Assembly (NCBI GenBank): GCA_965261735.1
Contig: OZ253470.1
Location: 1,856,001-1,920,000, forward strand
DNA from: Alphaproteobacteria bacterium
GTDB taxonomy: Bacteria; Pseudomonadota; Alphaproteobacteria; SHVV01
Direction: 5' to 3'
Length of the DNA stretch: 64,000 nt
In this document: positions 11,798 through 22,226 of the stretch, in pieces
Layout of the letters: the number at the start of each line of letters is the position of its first letter
Numbering within the stretch: the stretch's first letter is position 1
The notes under the pieces: model-generated
What the model was told of the DNA's origin: nothing
Seen by the model: only the letters and a program-made list of their open reading frames with translations
Database searches by the model: none
Translations under genes and position numbers: made by a program

Positions 11798-11870
11798 GAC
11801 TGCTATCGGCTCTACCCGGAAGTGAGGGGAAGCTCCGTCAGAGGTCTGCTTTCAGGCGCCGAGCGGACAT
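11798..11870. repeat. Bipartite palindromic site, copy 3 (halves in reverse order)
   Basis: GTCTGC-N13-GCGGAC at 11844-11868; degenerate partner GACTGC-N12-CCGGAA at 11798-11821. Confidence 0.55.
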
Positions 11871-12140
11871 CGATGCCGCACTCCGTCGTCTAATTCCGAC
11901 GTTTCATAATGATATGGCCCAGGCCGGACCACGCTTTCCGGGGCGGGCCGTCCGACTCCATTACCCGTGATCTACCGGTTGCGCCAGCGCACGGCGTCCC
12001 ACCTTTCGCTCCATTGCGGCCCACGGCGTATCTTCGACGGGATGCTAACCGGCGAGGCCATACATCGTGGCCAACAGAACCGCGCGTCGGGGCGCCGACA
12101 GCGGTCTTCGCACCTCCATTGCCTATCGGCTGCGGCCCCG

Positions 12141-12596
12141 CTAAGAGCGATGGTAGGGGTGGTGCGACAGGATCGCGTGGGCGCGGTAGAGCTGTTCGGC
12201 GAGGAGGGCGCGCACCAGCAGGTGGGGCCAGGTCATGGCTCCCAGCGACAGCACCAAGTCCGCGCGGGCGAGAACTGCCTCGCCGTGGCCGTCGGCGCCG
12301 CCGATGAGGAAGGCGAGGTCGCGGCCGTCGTCGCGCCAGCGCGCGAGCCGGTCGGCGAAGGCGCGGCTCGACAGGGGCTCGCCCGATTCGTCGAGGGCGA
12401 CGGCGAGGGTGCGCTCGGGCACGAGCTTGAGCAGCGCTCGCGCCTCGCGCTCGCGGCGTTCGCGGGCGTGCGCGGCTTTCGCCTCGGCCACCTCGTGCAC
12501 GGATACGGGCCATGGCAGCCGCCGCGCATACTCGTCATAGAGCGCCTTGATGGGGCCGGCGCGCAGGCGGCCGACCGCCGCGATCGTGAGGCGCAT
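12141..12596 (-). CDS. rlmH: 23S rRNA (pseudouridine1915-N3)-methyltransferase RlmH
   Basis: MRLTIAAVGR, FLIGGADGH, LSLGAMTWPH, EQLYRA..HPYH. Confidence 0.95.
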   Translation of the reverse strand: MRLTIAAVGRLRAGPIKALYDEYARRLPWPVSVHEVAEAKAAHARERREREARALLKLVPERTLAVALDESGEPLSSRAFADRLARWRDDGRDLAFLIGGADGHGEAVLARADLVLSLGAMTWPHLLVRALLAEQLYRAHAILSHHPYHRS

Positions 12597-12615
12597 GCGA
12601 GCGCCCTTCGCGTCC

Positions 12616-12981
12616 TTACGCCGTCGCCTGGTCGGCCGGCGACTCGGCCGACCACAGCTTCTCCAGGTTGTAGAAGGCGCGCACCTCGGGCTGGAAGACG
12701 TGGACGATAATGTCGTCGGCATCGACCAGGACCCAATGGCACTGCGGCACGCCTTCGATGCGGGGCGCGCCGCCGCGCGCCTTGAGGCGCTCGCGCAGGT
12801 GCTCGGTGATGGCGCCGACGTGGCGCGTCGAGCGCCCCGAGGCGATGATCAGGTAGTCGGCGATGCTGGACTTGCCGGCGAGGCTCATGACGACGACGGC
12901 TTCGGCCTTGTCGTCGTCGAGCGAGGCCAGGATCGCGGCGCGCAAGGCGGCGACCGAGGCCGGGGGGGTTGCTCTGGCTAT
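12616..12981 (-). CDS. rsfS: Ribosome silencing factor RsfS (Iojap)
   Basis: LDDDKAE, IADYLIIASGRSTRHV, WVLVD, HVFQPEVRAFYNLEKLW; start uncertain (ATA at 12981 behind an SD-like sequence). Confidence 0.9.
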   Translation of the reverse strand: MARATPPASVAALRAAILASLDDDKAEAVVVMSLAGKSSIADYLIIASGRSTRHVGAITEHLRERLKARGGAPRIEGVPQCHWVLVDADDIIVHVFQPEVRAFYNLEKLWSAESPADQATA

Positions 12982-12994
12982 CTGATCCTTCTCC

Positions 12995-13630
12995 CTATTC
13001 GTCGCTATTTGCGTTCGCGCGCAAGGCGGTGGCCGATACCGGATCGTGGGCCACCGGCAGGAACACCCACGCCGGCGGCGTTCGGCCGGCCAGGCCGCGG
13101 GCCCGCTCCTGGACGATGCGCGCCGCCCGGTAGCGCCGGGCCGCCTTGCCTGCGAGCGCAACCAAAGAATAGGTGGGGCGGTCGAACACCGCAATGGGCA
13201 CGGTCGCGAAGATGCGCGTCCAGTGGCGCCATAGCGGCATCTGCGCGAGATTGTCAGCGCCCATGATCCACACGAAGCGAGCGGCCGGAAAGCGGCGCAC
13301 GACGGCGCGCAGCGTATCGTCCGTGAAGCGCGTGGCCAGGCGCCGCTCGAGATTGCTGACGCGAATGCGCGGATGGCGGGCCACGGCGCGGGCGCGAGCG
13401 AGCCGTGCCTCGTAGGGTGCCAGCCCCGCGGGCGGCTTGAGCGGGTTACGCGGCGTCACCAACCACCACACCTCGTCGAGCCCGAGCAGCCTCAGGGCGA
13501 GCAGGCTGATGCGGCGGTGGCCGCCGTGGGCCGGGTTGAACGAGCCGCCGAGAAGGCCGACGCGCTTGCCCGGCGCCGCGCGCCGTGACGACCGTGCCCT
13601 TACGGTGGGGCCGAATCCGTGGATCGCCAC
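12995..13630 (-). CDS. nadD: Nicotinate-nucleotide adenylyltransferase
   Basis: GLLGGSFNPAHGGH, WIMGADNL, VSATALR. Confidence 0.93.
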   Translation of the reverse strand: MAIHGFGPTVRARSSRRAAPGKRVGLLGGSFNPAHGGHRRISLLALRLLGLDEVWWLVTPRNPLKPPAGLAPYEARLARARAVARHPRIRVSNLERRLATRFTDDTLRAVVRRFPAARFVWIMGADNLAQMPLWRHWTRIFATVPIAVFDRPTYSLVALAGKAARRYRAARIVQERARGLAGRTPPAWVFLPVAHDPVSATALRANANSDE

Positions 13631-14929
13631 TCAGGGGCGGGTCTGGCCCGAGCCGCGGACGACGTACTTGAAGATCGTCAGTTGCTCGACGCCGACGGGC
13701 CCGCGCGCGTGCAGCTTGCTGGTCGAGATGCCGATCTCGGCGCCCATGCCGAATTCGCCGCCATCGGCGAACTGGGTCGAGGCATTGTGCATGACGATGG
13801 CGCTGTCGACCTCGGCGAGGAAGCGGTCCGCCGCCGCCTGATCGCCGGTGACGATGCTCTCGGTGTGGCTCGATCCGTGGCGCGCGATGTGGCCGATCGC
13901 GGCGTCGAGCCCCTCGACGAGCGCGACCGAGATGACGGCGTCGAGATACTCGGTGTCCCAGTCCGCCTCGCCCGCCGCGACGATACGCGCATCGAGCGCG
14001 GACGCCGCCGCGTCGCCGCGCACCTCGCAACCGGCGGCCGCGAGATCATCGACGATGAGCGCTAGATGTGTGGGCGCCACGGCGCGATCGACAAGCAGGG
14101 ATTCGGCGGCGCCACAGACTCCGGTGCGCCGCATCTTGGCGTTGACGACGATCTTGCGCGCGAGCTCGATGTCCGCGCCCTCATGGACGTAGACGTGGCA
14201 GTTGCCGATGAGGTGGGCGATGACGGGGATACGGCTTTCCGACTGGACCCGCTCGATCAGCGATTGCCCGCCGCGCGGCACGATGATGTCGATGTAGTCG
14301 CTCATCGCCAGCATCTCGCCGACGGCCGCGCGCTCGCGCGTCGGCACCAATTGAATGGATGCCGCCGGTAGCCCGGCTGCTACGAGCCCGCGCTCGAGAC
14401 AGGCATGAATCACGATCGAGGAGTGGAGGCTTTCGGAGCCGCCCCTTAAGATCGCCGCGTTGGCCGATTTCAGGCACAGCCCGCCGGCATCCGCGGTGAC
14501 GTTGGGCCGCGACTCGTAGATGATGCCGACCACGCCGAGCGGCGTGCGCACGCGTGCGATGCTGAGCCCGTTGGGGCGCGTCCATTCCGCCATGACCTCG
14601 CCGACCGGGTCGGGGAGGGCGGCGATATCCTCGAGCCCCTTGGCCATCCCCTCGATGCGCCCCTCGTTCAGCGCGAGCCGGTCGCGCAGGGTGGCACTCA
14701 GTCCGTGGGCATCGTCGAGGTCACGCCGATTGGCGTCGAGGAGCACGGCCCGGTCCTCGCGCACGGCCTCGGCCGCTGCTACGAGCGCCGCATTCTTGGT
14801 CTCGCTCTTGGCTCGGGCGAGCGCGCGGGCGGCGGCGCGCGCCGCCTTGCCGAGGCCGATCATGAGTTCGTGGATCTCGGCCGCGGCCTCCGCCGCCGTA
14901 TTCTCTCCCACGGCGTGGGCTACCGTCAT
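13631..14929 (-). CDS. proA: Glutamate-5-semialdehyde dehydrogenase
   Basis: [44 protein letters not shown]. Confidence 0.97.
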   Translation of the reverse strand: MTVAHAVGENTAAEAAAEIHELMIGLGKAARAAARALARAKSETKNAALVAAAEAVREDRAVLLDANRRDLDDAHGLSATLRDRLALNEGRIEGMAKGLEDIAALPDPVGEVMAEWTRPNGLSIARVRTPLGVVGIIYESRPNVTADAGGLCLKSANAAILRGGSESLHSSIVIHACLERGLVAAGLPAASIQLVPTRERAAVGEMLAMSDYIDIIVPRGGQSLIERVQSESRIPVIAHLIGNCHVYVHEGADIELARKIVVNAKMRRTGVCGAAESLLVDRAVAPTHLALIVDDLAAAGCEVRGDAAASALDARIVAAGEADWDTEYLDAVISVALVEGLDAAIGHIARHGSSHTESIVTGDQAAADRFLAEVDSAIVMHNASTQFADGGEFGMGAEIGISTSKLHARGPVGVEQLTIFKYVVRGSGQTRP

Positions 14930-16098
14930 GACCGCGTCACCCCTTCGTCGCGAGCGTTCCAGGTCAGCACCAGGTCGTCGCGATGAATCATTTCGTCGCG
15001 CCCACGGTAGCCGAGAAGGGCCTCTATTTCACGGCTTTTGTGACCCATGATGCGTTCCGCATCGGCGGCCGCGTAGGCGCACAGCCCGCGCCCGAGATCG
15101 GTCCCGTCGCGGTCGCGCACGGCGACCGCATCGCCGCGGTCGAAGTCGCCGGCCACCCCGACCACGCCGGCCGGTAGTAGGCTTTTTCCGTCCGCGAGGG
15201 CCCGTTTGGCGCCGGAGTCGATGGTGAGGGTGCCGGCGGGCTCCAGGCTGCCGGCGATCCACTGCTTGCGCGCGGCCCATGGCGTTCGCCCGGCGGTAAA
15301 CCAGGTGCAGCGGGCGCCCTCGGCGATCGCGGTCACCGGGTGGTCAACGCGTCCGTCGGCGATGACCATGTGGCATCCGGCGGCGAGCGCAATGCGCGCG
15401 GCCGCGAGCTTGGTCACCATGCCGCCCGACGCGTCCCGCAGCCGCTCCTTGCCCGCCATCGCGACGATCTCGGGCGTTATCTCGCGAACCTCGGGAACGA
15501 GCTCGGCCTTTGGCGAAAGGGCCGGATCGGCGCTGTACAGGCCGTCGATGTCGGACAGCAGAATCAGGCACTCGGCGCTCGTCATCTGCGCTACCCGGCC
15601 GGCGAGGCGGTCATTGTCGCCAAAGCGAATCTCCGCCGTCGCCACGGAGTCGTTCTCGTTGATCACGGGCACAGCGCCGCGCCGCAGCAGCGCGTTCAGC
15701 GTGTTTCGCGCGTTGAGGTAGCGCCGCCTCTCTTCCGTGTCGCCGATGGTGAGGAGGATCTGCGCAACGGTGAGGTCGTGCCGCGCCAGCACCTCCTGAT
15801 AGGCGTGGGCGAGGCGAATCTGTCCCGCTGCGGCCGCGGCCTGGCTGTCCTCGAGCTTGAGCGGCCCCGGCGGCAGGTCGAGGTCGCGGCGCCCGAGCGC
15901 GATGGCGCCCGAGGAGACGATGACGATCTCCTGACCCCGCGCCCGGCAGCGGGCAACGTCCTCGGCCAGCGCCTCGAGCCAGGAGCGGCGTAGCTTGCCC
16001 GAACCTTCGTCGACCAGCAACGAGGAGCCGATCTTGACGACGAGGCGGCGCGCGCCGGTGAGCCGCTCGCCGCCCGCGCCCGGCGCACCCGAACTCAC
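14926..16098 (-). CDS. proB: Glutamate 5-kinase with PUA domain
   Basis: [38 protein letters not shown]. Confidence 0.97.
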   Translation of the reverse strand: MSSGAPGAGGERLTGARRLVVKIGSSLLVDEGSGKLRRSWLEALAEDVARCRARGQEIVIVSSGAIALGRRDLDLPPGPLKLEDSQAAAAAGQIRLAHAYQEVLARHDLTVAQILLTIGDTEERRRYLNARNTLNALLRRGAVPVINENDSVATAEIRFGDNDRLAGRVAQMTSAECLILLSDIDGLYSADPALSPKAELVPEVREITPEIVAMAGKERLRDASGGMVTKLAAARIALAAGCHMVIADGRVDHPVTAIAEGARCTWFTAGRTPWAARKQWIAGSLEPAGTLTIDSGAKRALADGKSLLPAGVVGVAGDFDRGDAVAVRDRDGTDLGRGLCAYAAADAERIMGHKSREIEALLGYRGRDEMIHRDDLVLTWNARDEGVTRS

Positions 16099-17117
16099 CC
16101 GCTCGCGCTCCGTAGTGGTGGCCGAGGCTCGCGCCTCGCGAGGTGCGATGCGAGCCGCTCCAACGCCTCGCCCCGGCCCCGCCCGCTGAGCGAGGACAGG
16201 GCCACCACAATGGCCCCCGAGGCCTCCTGAAGGGCGGTGCGGCCGGCCTCGATGGCGCGGTCATCGAGGCTGTCACACTTGGCGAGCGCGACGACTTCGG
16301 GCTTGGCGGCGAGGCCGTGGCCATAGGCATCGAGTTCGCGGCGCACCGTGCGATAGTTTTCGGCGACGTCGTCGGCGGTGCCGTCGACGAGGTGCAGCAG
16401 CGCGCGGCAGCGCTCAATATGGCCGAGGAAACGGTCGCCGAGGCCGGCGCCAGTGTGGGCGCCGGCGATAAGGCCCGGAATGTCGGCCAGCACGAACACC
16501 TTGTCGCCGATTGCGGCGACCCCGAGTGTCGGTGCGAACGTGGTGAAGGGGTAGTCGGCGACCTTCGGGTGGGCCCGCGACACCGCGGCGAGGAAGGTCG
16601 ACTTGCCGGCGTTGGGCAGGCCCACGATTCCAGCATCGGCGATGAGTTTCAGCTTCAGCCACAGGGCGCGCTCCTCGCCCGCCCGGCCGGGCTCGGCGAA
16701 GAGCGGGGCGCGGTGCGTCGAACTCTTGAAGTGGGCGTTGCCGAAGCCGCCGTCGCCGCCGCGCGCGAGCTCCATGGTCTGATCGGGTTCGGTGATATCC
16801 CACAGCGCGACTTCGCCGTCCGCATCGCGGATCTCGGTGCCGGGGGGCACCTCGATCGTGAGGTCGGACGCGTTTGCGCCGGTACGGTTTTGCGGGCCAC
16901 CGGGCCGGCCGTCGCGGGCACGGAAGTGCTGGCGGTAGCGGAAGTCGATGAGCGTGTTGAGGGCGGCATTCGCGCGTACCCAGACGCTGCCGCCGCGGCC
17001 GCCATTGCCACCGTCGGGGCCCTTGGACCTGCCACGCTTGTCGTGCAGAAAGCTCGCGCAGCCGGCACCGCCGGCGCCTGCGCGTACGAAGATCTTGGCC
17101 TGGTCGAGAAACTTCAT
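16095..17117 (-). CDS. obgE: GTPase ObgE/CgtA
   Basis: Gly-rich Obg fold, GLPNAGKST, ADYPFTT, DIPG; downstream of rplU-rpmA. Confidence 0.95.
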   Translation of the reverse strand: MKFLDQAKIFVRAGAGGAGCASFLHDKRGRSKGPDGGNGGRGGSVWVRANAALNTLIDFRYRQHFRARDGRPGGPQNRTGANASDLTIEVPPGTEIRDADGEVALWDITEPDQTMELARGGDGGFGNAHFKSSTHRAPLFAEPGRAGEERALWLKLKLIADAGIVGLPNAGKSTFLAAVSRAHPKVADYPFTTFAPTLGVAAIGDKVFVLADIPGLIAGAHTGAGLGDRFLGHIERCRALLHLVDGTADDVAENYRTVRRELDAYGHGLAAKPEVVALAKCDSLDDRAIEAGRTALQEASGAIVVALSSLSGRGRGEALERLASHLARREPRPPLRSASG

Positions 17118-17198
17118 CCCGCGTTTAGGGGGGCCGGGTCGGCCACAGAAGCGGAGCCGATTTCCTCCCCTCGCCCGCGCCGGTAACGGGTCCGGCGT

Positions 17199-17462
17199 CT
17201 AGGCGGGCGGCACCACGGAGACGGTCGTTCTCTTGCCGCCCCGTCCCTTCTTGGCGAAGCAGACGCGGCCCGCGATCAGCGCGAAAATAGTGTGGTCGCG
17301 GCCGAGCCCGACGTTGCCGCCCGGATGCCAACGGGTGCCGCGCTGGCGCACGATAATGTTGCCCGGCACGACCGCCTCATCGCCGTATTTCTTGATTCCG
17401 AGCCGCCGGCCGGCCGAATCGCGGCCGTTGCGCGAGCTGCCGCCCGCCTTCTTGTGTGCCAT
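17199..17462 (-). CDS. rpmA: 50S ribosomal protein L27
   Basis: [34 protein letters not shown]. Confidence 0.97.
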   Translation of the reverse strand: MAHKKAGGSSRNGRDSAGRRLGIKKYGDEAVVPGNIIVRQRGTRWHPGGNVGLGRDHTIFALIAGRVCFAKKGRGGKRTTVSVVPPA

Positions 17463-17962
17463 CAGTCCTTCTCCTCGGCCGGCTTGGCCGGCGCCTTGGG
17501 CTTGGCGCGGCGCGCCTTGGCTTCCGGCGCCGCTTTCGGCTTCGCCGCTGCCTTCGACGCGGGCTCCGCCGTCTCCGTCGCCGCGGGCTCCACCTTCGGC
17601 TTGGCCGGCGTCTTCTTGCTGGCGCCCTTGGCCGCCGGTTTGGCCTTGCCGTCGGGTAGGATGTCGGTGATCCGCAGGACGGTGAGGTCCTGGCGATGGC
17701 CACCCAGGCGACGATAGTTCTTGCGCCGCTTTTTCTTGAAAATCAGGATCTTGGGGCCGCGGCTTTGCTCGACCACGCTGGCCATGACCTTGGCGCCATC
17801 GATGAGCGGCGTGCCCGCCGTCGTGCTTCCATCGTCGCCGATCAGGAGGACGTCCGCGATCTCGACCGCGTCGCCGGCCACGCCAGCGAGGCGTTCGACC
17901 TGGATGACGTCGTCCTCGGCGACCCGGTATTGCTTGCCGCCGGTCCTGATGACAGCGTACAT
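17462..17962 (-). CDS. rplU: 50S ribosomal protein L21 with Ala/Lys/Pro-rich C-terminal tail
   Basis: [29 protein letters not shown]. Confidence 0.97.
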   Translation of the reverse strand: MYAVIRTGGKQYRVAEDDVIQVERLAGVAGDAVEIADVLLIGDDGSTTAGTPLIDGAKVMASVVEQSRGPKILIFKKKRRKNYRRLGGHRQDLTVLRITDILPDGKAKPAAKGASKKTPAKPKVEPAATETAEPASKAAAKPKAAPEAKARRAKPKAPAKPAEEKD

Positions 17963-18088
17963 GGCGTCTCACTCGGGGGAACCAGCGCTAAGGGCGACAC
18001 TACAGCCGCCTGCGCGCGAGCGGAATATAGCCCAGGCGCGCCCCCTGTCAACGCCCTTGAGCGCCGCTGGCGCCGCGCCCGCCGCCGC

Positions 18089-18907
18089 TCAGGCGCGAGT
18101 GGTTCCGAGCAGGCCCTGCGGCCGGAATACCATCATGACGATGAACAGCAGCCCGAAGAACACGAGCCGCAGCTCCGGCTGCACGAAGTACAGAATCCAC
18201 GGCAGGTAGACCACGAGCGCCATGCCCACGACCGCGCCCCAGAAGTTGCGGGTGCCGCCCAGGATCGGGGCTAACAGCAAGAGCACGGACATGACGAAGC
18301 CGAACTCCGGCGGTGAGATGACGCTCACGCGGTGGGCGTGGAGCGCCCCGCCGGTTGCGGTCACGCTGCAGCCGAGCATCCACGCCAAGGTCTTCATCGC
18401 CTGAACGTTCACGCCCATCGACCCGGCCACGACCTCGTCGTCACGAACGGCGCGGAAGGCCATGCCGAAGCGGGAGATCTCCAGCCGATGGGTGAGGAAC
18501 AGCAGCACCGGGACCAGCAGCAGCACGTGCAGTGGCCGCGCTTCCATGGGAATGCTGTGAAAGCCGATGGCTGAACCCACGTAATCGACGTTGAGCCAGA
18601 ACGTGATTATTGCCTCGCCGAGCGCGAAGGTCCCGAGCGCCAGATAGATGCCCGACAGGCGCGACGCAATGACGACGGCGATGATGAAACCGGAAGCAGC
18701 ACCAACGAGGGCGCACAGCGGGATGACCGCGTAGTACGGCACGCCGAGCTTGACGGTCATGATAGCGGCCGAATAGGCGCCGATGCCGACGATCGCGCCA
18801 TGGCCGAGCGAGAGTTGCCCGCACAGCATGAGAATGTGCAGCCCCAGCCCGAACAGCAACCAAACGCCGTAGTCGGTGAGCAGATCGAGCGCGAACGAGG
18901 CCGACAT
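18089..18907 (-). CDS. Branched-chain amino acid-type ABC permease (LivM-like)
   Basis: GQLSLGHGA, LSGIYLALGT, RAVRDDEVVAGSMGVN, RPQGL; start at ATG 18907. Confidence 0.9.
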   Translation of the reverse strand: MSASFALDLLTDYGVWLLFGLGLHILMLCGQLSLGHGAIVGIGAYSAAIMTVKLGVPYYAVIPLCALVGAASGFIIAVVIASRLSGIYLALGTFALGEAIITFWLNVDYVGSAIGFHSIPMEARPLHVLLLVPVLLFLTHRLEISRFGMAFRAVRDDEVVAGSMGVNVQAMKTLAWMLGCSVTATGGALHAHRVSVISPPEFGFVMSVLLLLAPILGGTRNFWGAVVGMALVVYLPWILYFVQPELRLVFFGLLFIVMMVFRPQGLLGTTRA

Positions 18908-18912
18908 GGGCC

Positions 18913-19803
18913 TTACACCGCGCGCCCGGTGCGGGCCTCGTGGCCGAACAGGCCGGTCGGGCGAAACAGCAGGATCAGGATGAGGCTCAGATAGGCGATG
19001 ATGTCGCGATAGGTCGCCTCCCCGAAGATGACGACGAAGGACTCGAGCAAGCCGAGAAGGACGCCGACGGCGAGCGCGCCACGCATGTTGCCGACCCCTG
19101 CAACGATGATGACAACGATTCCCTTGAGGCCGAAGAAGGTACCGATATAGGGCTCGGTCGAGCCGAACGTCACGGAGTTGATCATGCCGGCAACGCCGCC
19201 CAGCGCCCCGCTCAGCGCGAAGGTGTACATCGTCACCCGCCGTGTATCGATGCCGACGCACTGGGCGATGTCCTGGCTTTGGCCGAGCACGCGAATAGCC
19301 TTGCCGAGCGCCGTACGGGACAGGAACAGCACGACCCCGACCATCAGAAAAAACGACAGGATGACGAGGAGGATCTGGAGGTTCGAGACTTCGGCGTCGC
19401 CGACCACCCGGTAGTAGGTGACGTTCTCGAACGGGCGCGGAAAGCTCTCGGGGCGCGGGTTGGTGACGTAGCTGACGATGTTTTCGAGAAAGAAGGCGCA
19501 CCCCACCGTGGCGACGGCGGTAGTCCATTGATTGCCCTTGAGCGGGCGCACCGCGAAGCGCTCGATCGCGAGGCCAACGGCGGCGGCCCCGATGACTCCC
19601 ATCAAACAAGCGAGCCAGAAGCTGTCGGTCAGTAGGAAGAACGAGTACAGCGCCGCGTAGGTGCCGACCATCATGATCGCGCCGTGGGCGAAGTTGAAGA
19701 CGTTGAGGACGCCGAAGACGAGATTGAAGCCGATGGCGATGAAGGCGTAGACGGCGCCGGTGGTCAGGCCGATGGCCAGCGCCTCGACGGCGAGTGACAT
19801 CAT
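18913..19803 (-). CDS. Branched-chain amino acid-type ABC permease (LivH-like)
   Basis: GFNLVFGVLNVFNFAHG, RTALGKAIR, FRPTGLFG. Confidence 0.92.
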   Translation of the reverse strand: MMSLAVEALAIGLTTGAVYAFIAIGFNLVFGVLNVFNFAHGAIMMVGTYAALYSFFLLTDSFWLACLMGVIGAAAVGLAIERFAVRPLKGNQWTTAVATVGCAFFLENIVSYVTNPRPESFPRPFENVTYYRVVGDAEVSNLQILLVILSFFLMVGVVLFLSRTALGKAIRVLGQSQDIAQCVGIDTRRVTMYTFALSGALGGVAGMINSVTFGSTEPYIGTFFGLKGIVVIIVAGVGNMRGALAVGVLLGLLESFVVIFGEATYRDIIAYLSLILILLFRPTGLFGHEARTGRAV

Positions 19804-19934
19804 GGCGCGCGCCCTCGTTTTCCGCCCGCGCCGCGAGCCCCGCGCACCGCGCGAGACCTAGCGCCCACCAGCCTAAGGATCAATGGGCCGCCCGCGTTTC
19901 TGCACACCCCGAAGGCGAGCCTGGGCACCCGGCC

Positions 19935-20786
19935 TCATGCCGCGCCGAGGGAGTGGTCCGCCGCGGGCCGCGGCCATACCCGGGGGAACAGATCGTGCGC
20001 GGGCGGAAACGGATCGCCGTGCGCGAGGCCGGCCTCGGCCAGCAGCGGCGGCGCCGCCTTGCGCACCGCGAAGGTCGCGTCGTCCCCGGCCCAGCGGTAG
20101 GTCAGCGCCCGGCGCCGGATATCCGAATCGTTGCCGCGCGAGTAGTGCAGCACGAGCAAATGGTTGACCAGGATGTCACCCGGTTCCATGTCGAAATGGA
20201 CGATGTCGTAGCGCGCGCGTTCGCCCTCGATGTCGGGGATGGGCTCGAACTCACCCCTGGCGAACGATTTGGTGGGGTCGAACGCTTCGGCTTCGTACCA
20301 GTGGCCCCAACGGTGCGAGCCGCGAATCCACTCGGCCGCACCGTTGGCCAGAGACGCCGTATCGAACGGGATCCACATTCCGCAAACCTGCCAGCCATTG
20401 ACGCAGTTGTAGGGCTGATCGTGATGCCAGGGGGCCTCTTTCGGCGTGTGTGGTTCCTTCACCAGCAACATGTCGGCGAGTATGTTGACGTGGGCCGAGC
20501 CAAGGCAGGCGGCGGCGATCTCGGCCACCGGCGAGTCGAAGGCGAAGGCGCGAAACTCCGGATCGCGCGCCCACATGTACACGTCCTGGAAGAAGCGGCC
20601 CGGCGAGCCGTCCTTGTTGAGGTCGGTCCCGAGCGGCCCGGGGTCGGCCATGACGCGATCGGTAGCGGCGCTCATGCGCACGATCCACTCGCGGTCGAGC
20701 ATGCCGCGCAGGCAGACCAGCCCATCGTCCGAAAAAGCGCGCACCTCCGAGTCGGTAATGGCGCGTAGCGGGCGACGGTTCATCAC
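19935..20786 (-). CDS. Phytanoyl-CoA dioxygenase (PhyH) family Fe(II)/2OG oxygenase
   Basis: PWHHDQPY (HxD), WIP.D..NGA..IRGSH, GD....H..LH, RRA. Confidence 0.9.
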   Translation of the reverse strand: MMNRRPLRAITDSEVRAFSDDGLVCLRGMLDREWIVRMSAATDRVMADPGPLGTDLNKDGSPGRFFQDVYMWARDPEFRAFAFDSPVAEIAAACLGSAHVNILADMLLVKEPHTPKEAPWHHDQPYNCVNGWQVCGMWIPFDTASLANGAAEWIRGSHRWGHWYEAEAFDPTKSFARGEFEPIPDIEGERARYDIVHFDMEPGDILVNHLLVLHYSRGNDSDIRRRALTYRWAGDDATFAVRKAAPPLLAEAGLAHGDPFPPAHDLFPRVWPRPAADHSLGAA

Positions 20787-20910
20787 CCTCCCTCACTCGG
20801 CTCAGCAACGGGCCGGCAACCGGTGTCCGCGGCAGCATGCCGCGGACACCGTCACCACACGGGGAGGCCGAGCCGGGCCGCCCCTGACACGTAACTCACG
20901 GAACGCTACG

Positions 20911-22065
20911 CTACTCCCATGGCACCATGACGCCATCCTTCCAGGTGATCATCACCGGCTTGGACCGGACGACGTCACCGGGCTCGCTCCAGGTGATCTC
21001 ACCGCTGATCGTCTCGAAGTCCTTGACCGCGAGGAACGAGCGCCGGATGGCATCGCGCGAGAGATCGTCCGAGGTGTTGAGGACGTGGGCCAGCGCAATG
21101 AGCATGTCGTAGTACTGGACCACGAAATAGTCGGGAAAGTCCTCCGGCTTGCTCACCGTCTTGCGCCACAGCTGGATGAAATCCTGGACGATGGGCCGTT
21201 TGTCATGGGGATTGAAGATGCTGTAGGCGTAGGCGTTCTCGCCCTTGCCCTTCGACAGCCGCCAATAGTCGACACCCAGGATTCCGGGATCGCTCAGGAT
21301 GGGCACGTCGACGCCGCGCTCGCGCAGCTGGAAGGTGAACACGCCGGCGGTCCAGGGCTGTGAGGTCAGAACCACCGCGTCCACGTTGGCCGCGCGAATC
21401 TTGGCCACCTGCGCCGCCATGTTGGTGTCGTCGCCCTTGTAGGTCTGCTCCTCGACGATAGTGATGCCATGTCGCGGAAGCATCTTCCTGAGCTCGTTCG
21501 CATTGTTGACGTTGAACTCATCGTCCTGGGTATAGGCCAGCGCGACCTTTTTGGTACCGAAGACCGCCTTGGCCTTTTCCAGGATCGGCGGCATGGACGT
21601 CGCCACCTGCGGCCCGTAGCGGAAGGTCCAATTTCCGAAGCTCGGCTTCGGCCATTTGGCCAGCGACCCGGTGTAGGTCGGGACCTTGTACTCCTCGGTC
21701 AGGTCGATGATGGCGAGATGGCTTTTCGACGGACCGATGGGAAAGATGATGGGTATTTTCGGGTCGGACGCGAGGCGGCGGAAATCGGTGATCCAAGGCG
21801 CCGTTTCCGGAAAGCGGACGTCGACCTTGTAGAACTCCAGCGGGCGTCCCTTGATGCCGCCCTTCTTCTCGTTGAGTTCGGCAACGAAGGGAACCACGGC
21901 CTCGTTCCAGACGCGATCGCCGAAGTCTTGGGCGGTACCGCTGAACACGTAGGCGAAGGGCAGGCGCACGGGATCGCCCTTGGCCATCTGCGCCATCGCC
22001 TGGCCGCTGACCAAGGCTGCGGGAATTGCCAGCGCGACGAGCGCCAGGAGCATACGTCGTATCAT
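20911..22065 (-). CDS. ABC transporter substrate-binding protein (LivK/Peripla_BP_6-like)
   Basis: Signal peptide (AMA-Q), GGIKGRPLE, QVAKIRAANVDAV; adjacent to Liv permeases. Confidence 0.85.
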   Translation of the reverse strand: MIRRMLLALVALAIPAALVSGQAMAQMAKGDPVRLPFAYVFSGTAQDFGDRVWNEAVVPFVAELNEKKGGIKGRPLEFYKVDVRFPETAPWITDFRRLASDPKIPIIFPIGPSKSHLAIIDLTEEYKVPTYTGSLAKWPKPSFGNWTFRYGPQVATSMPPILEKAKAVFGTKKVALAYTQDDEFNVNNANELRKMLPRHGITIVEEQTYKGDDTNMAAQVAKIRAANVDAVVLTSQPWTAGVFTFQLRERGVDVPILSDPGILGVDYWRLSKGKGENAYAYSIFNPHDKRPIVQDFIQLWRKTVSKPEDFPDYFVVQYYDMLIALAHVLNTSDDLSRDAIRRSFLAVKDFETISGEITWSEPGDVVRSKPVMITWKDGVMVPWE

Positions 22066-22226
22066 TGGTTTCCTCCCTCGATGTTGTGCGCCCTTACCGC
22101 AGTGGCGGACGCAATCGGAATGGTAGCGCAGATAGGAGGGGTTGCCATGAAGAAAAGCCGCCGCGGCGCCGCACCGAGGGGTGCCTTGCCTTGCCCTGAG
22201 CGAGGCGATAGCGTCTTCGGGCGTGC

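Noticed and set aside
17462-17660. Ala/Lys/Pro-rich extension of L21
   Set aside because: Such tails are common in alphaproteobacterial L21.
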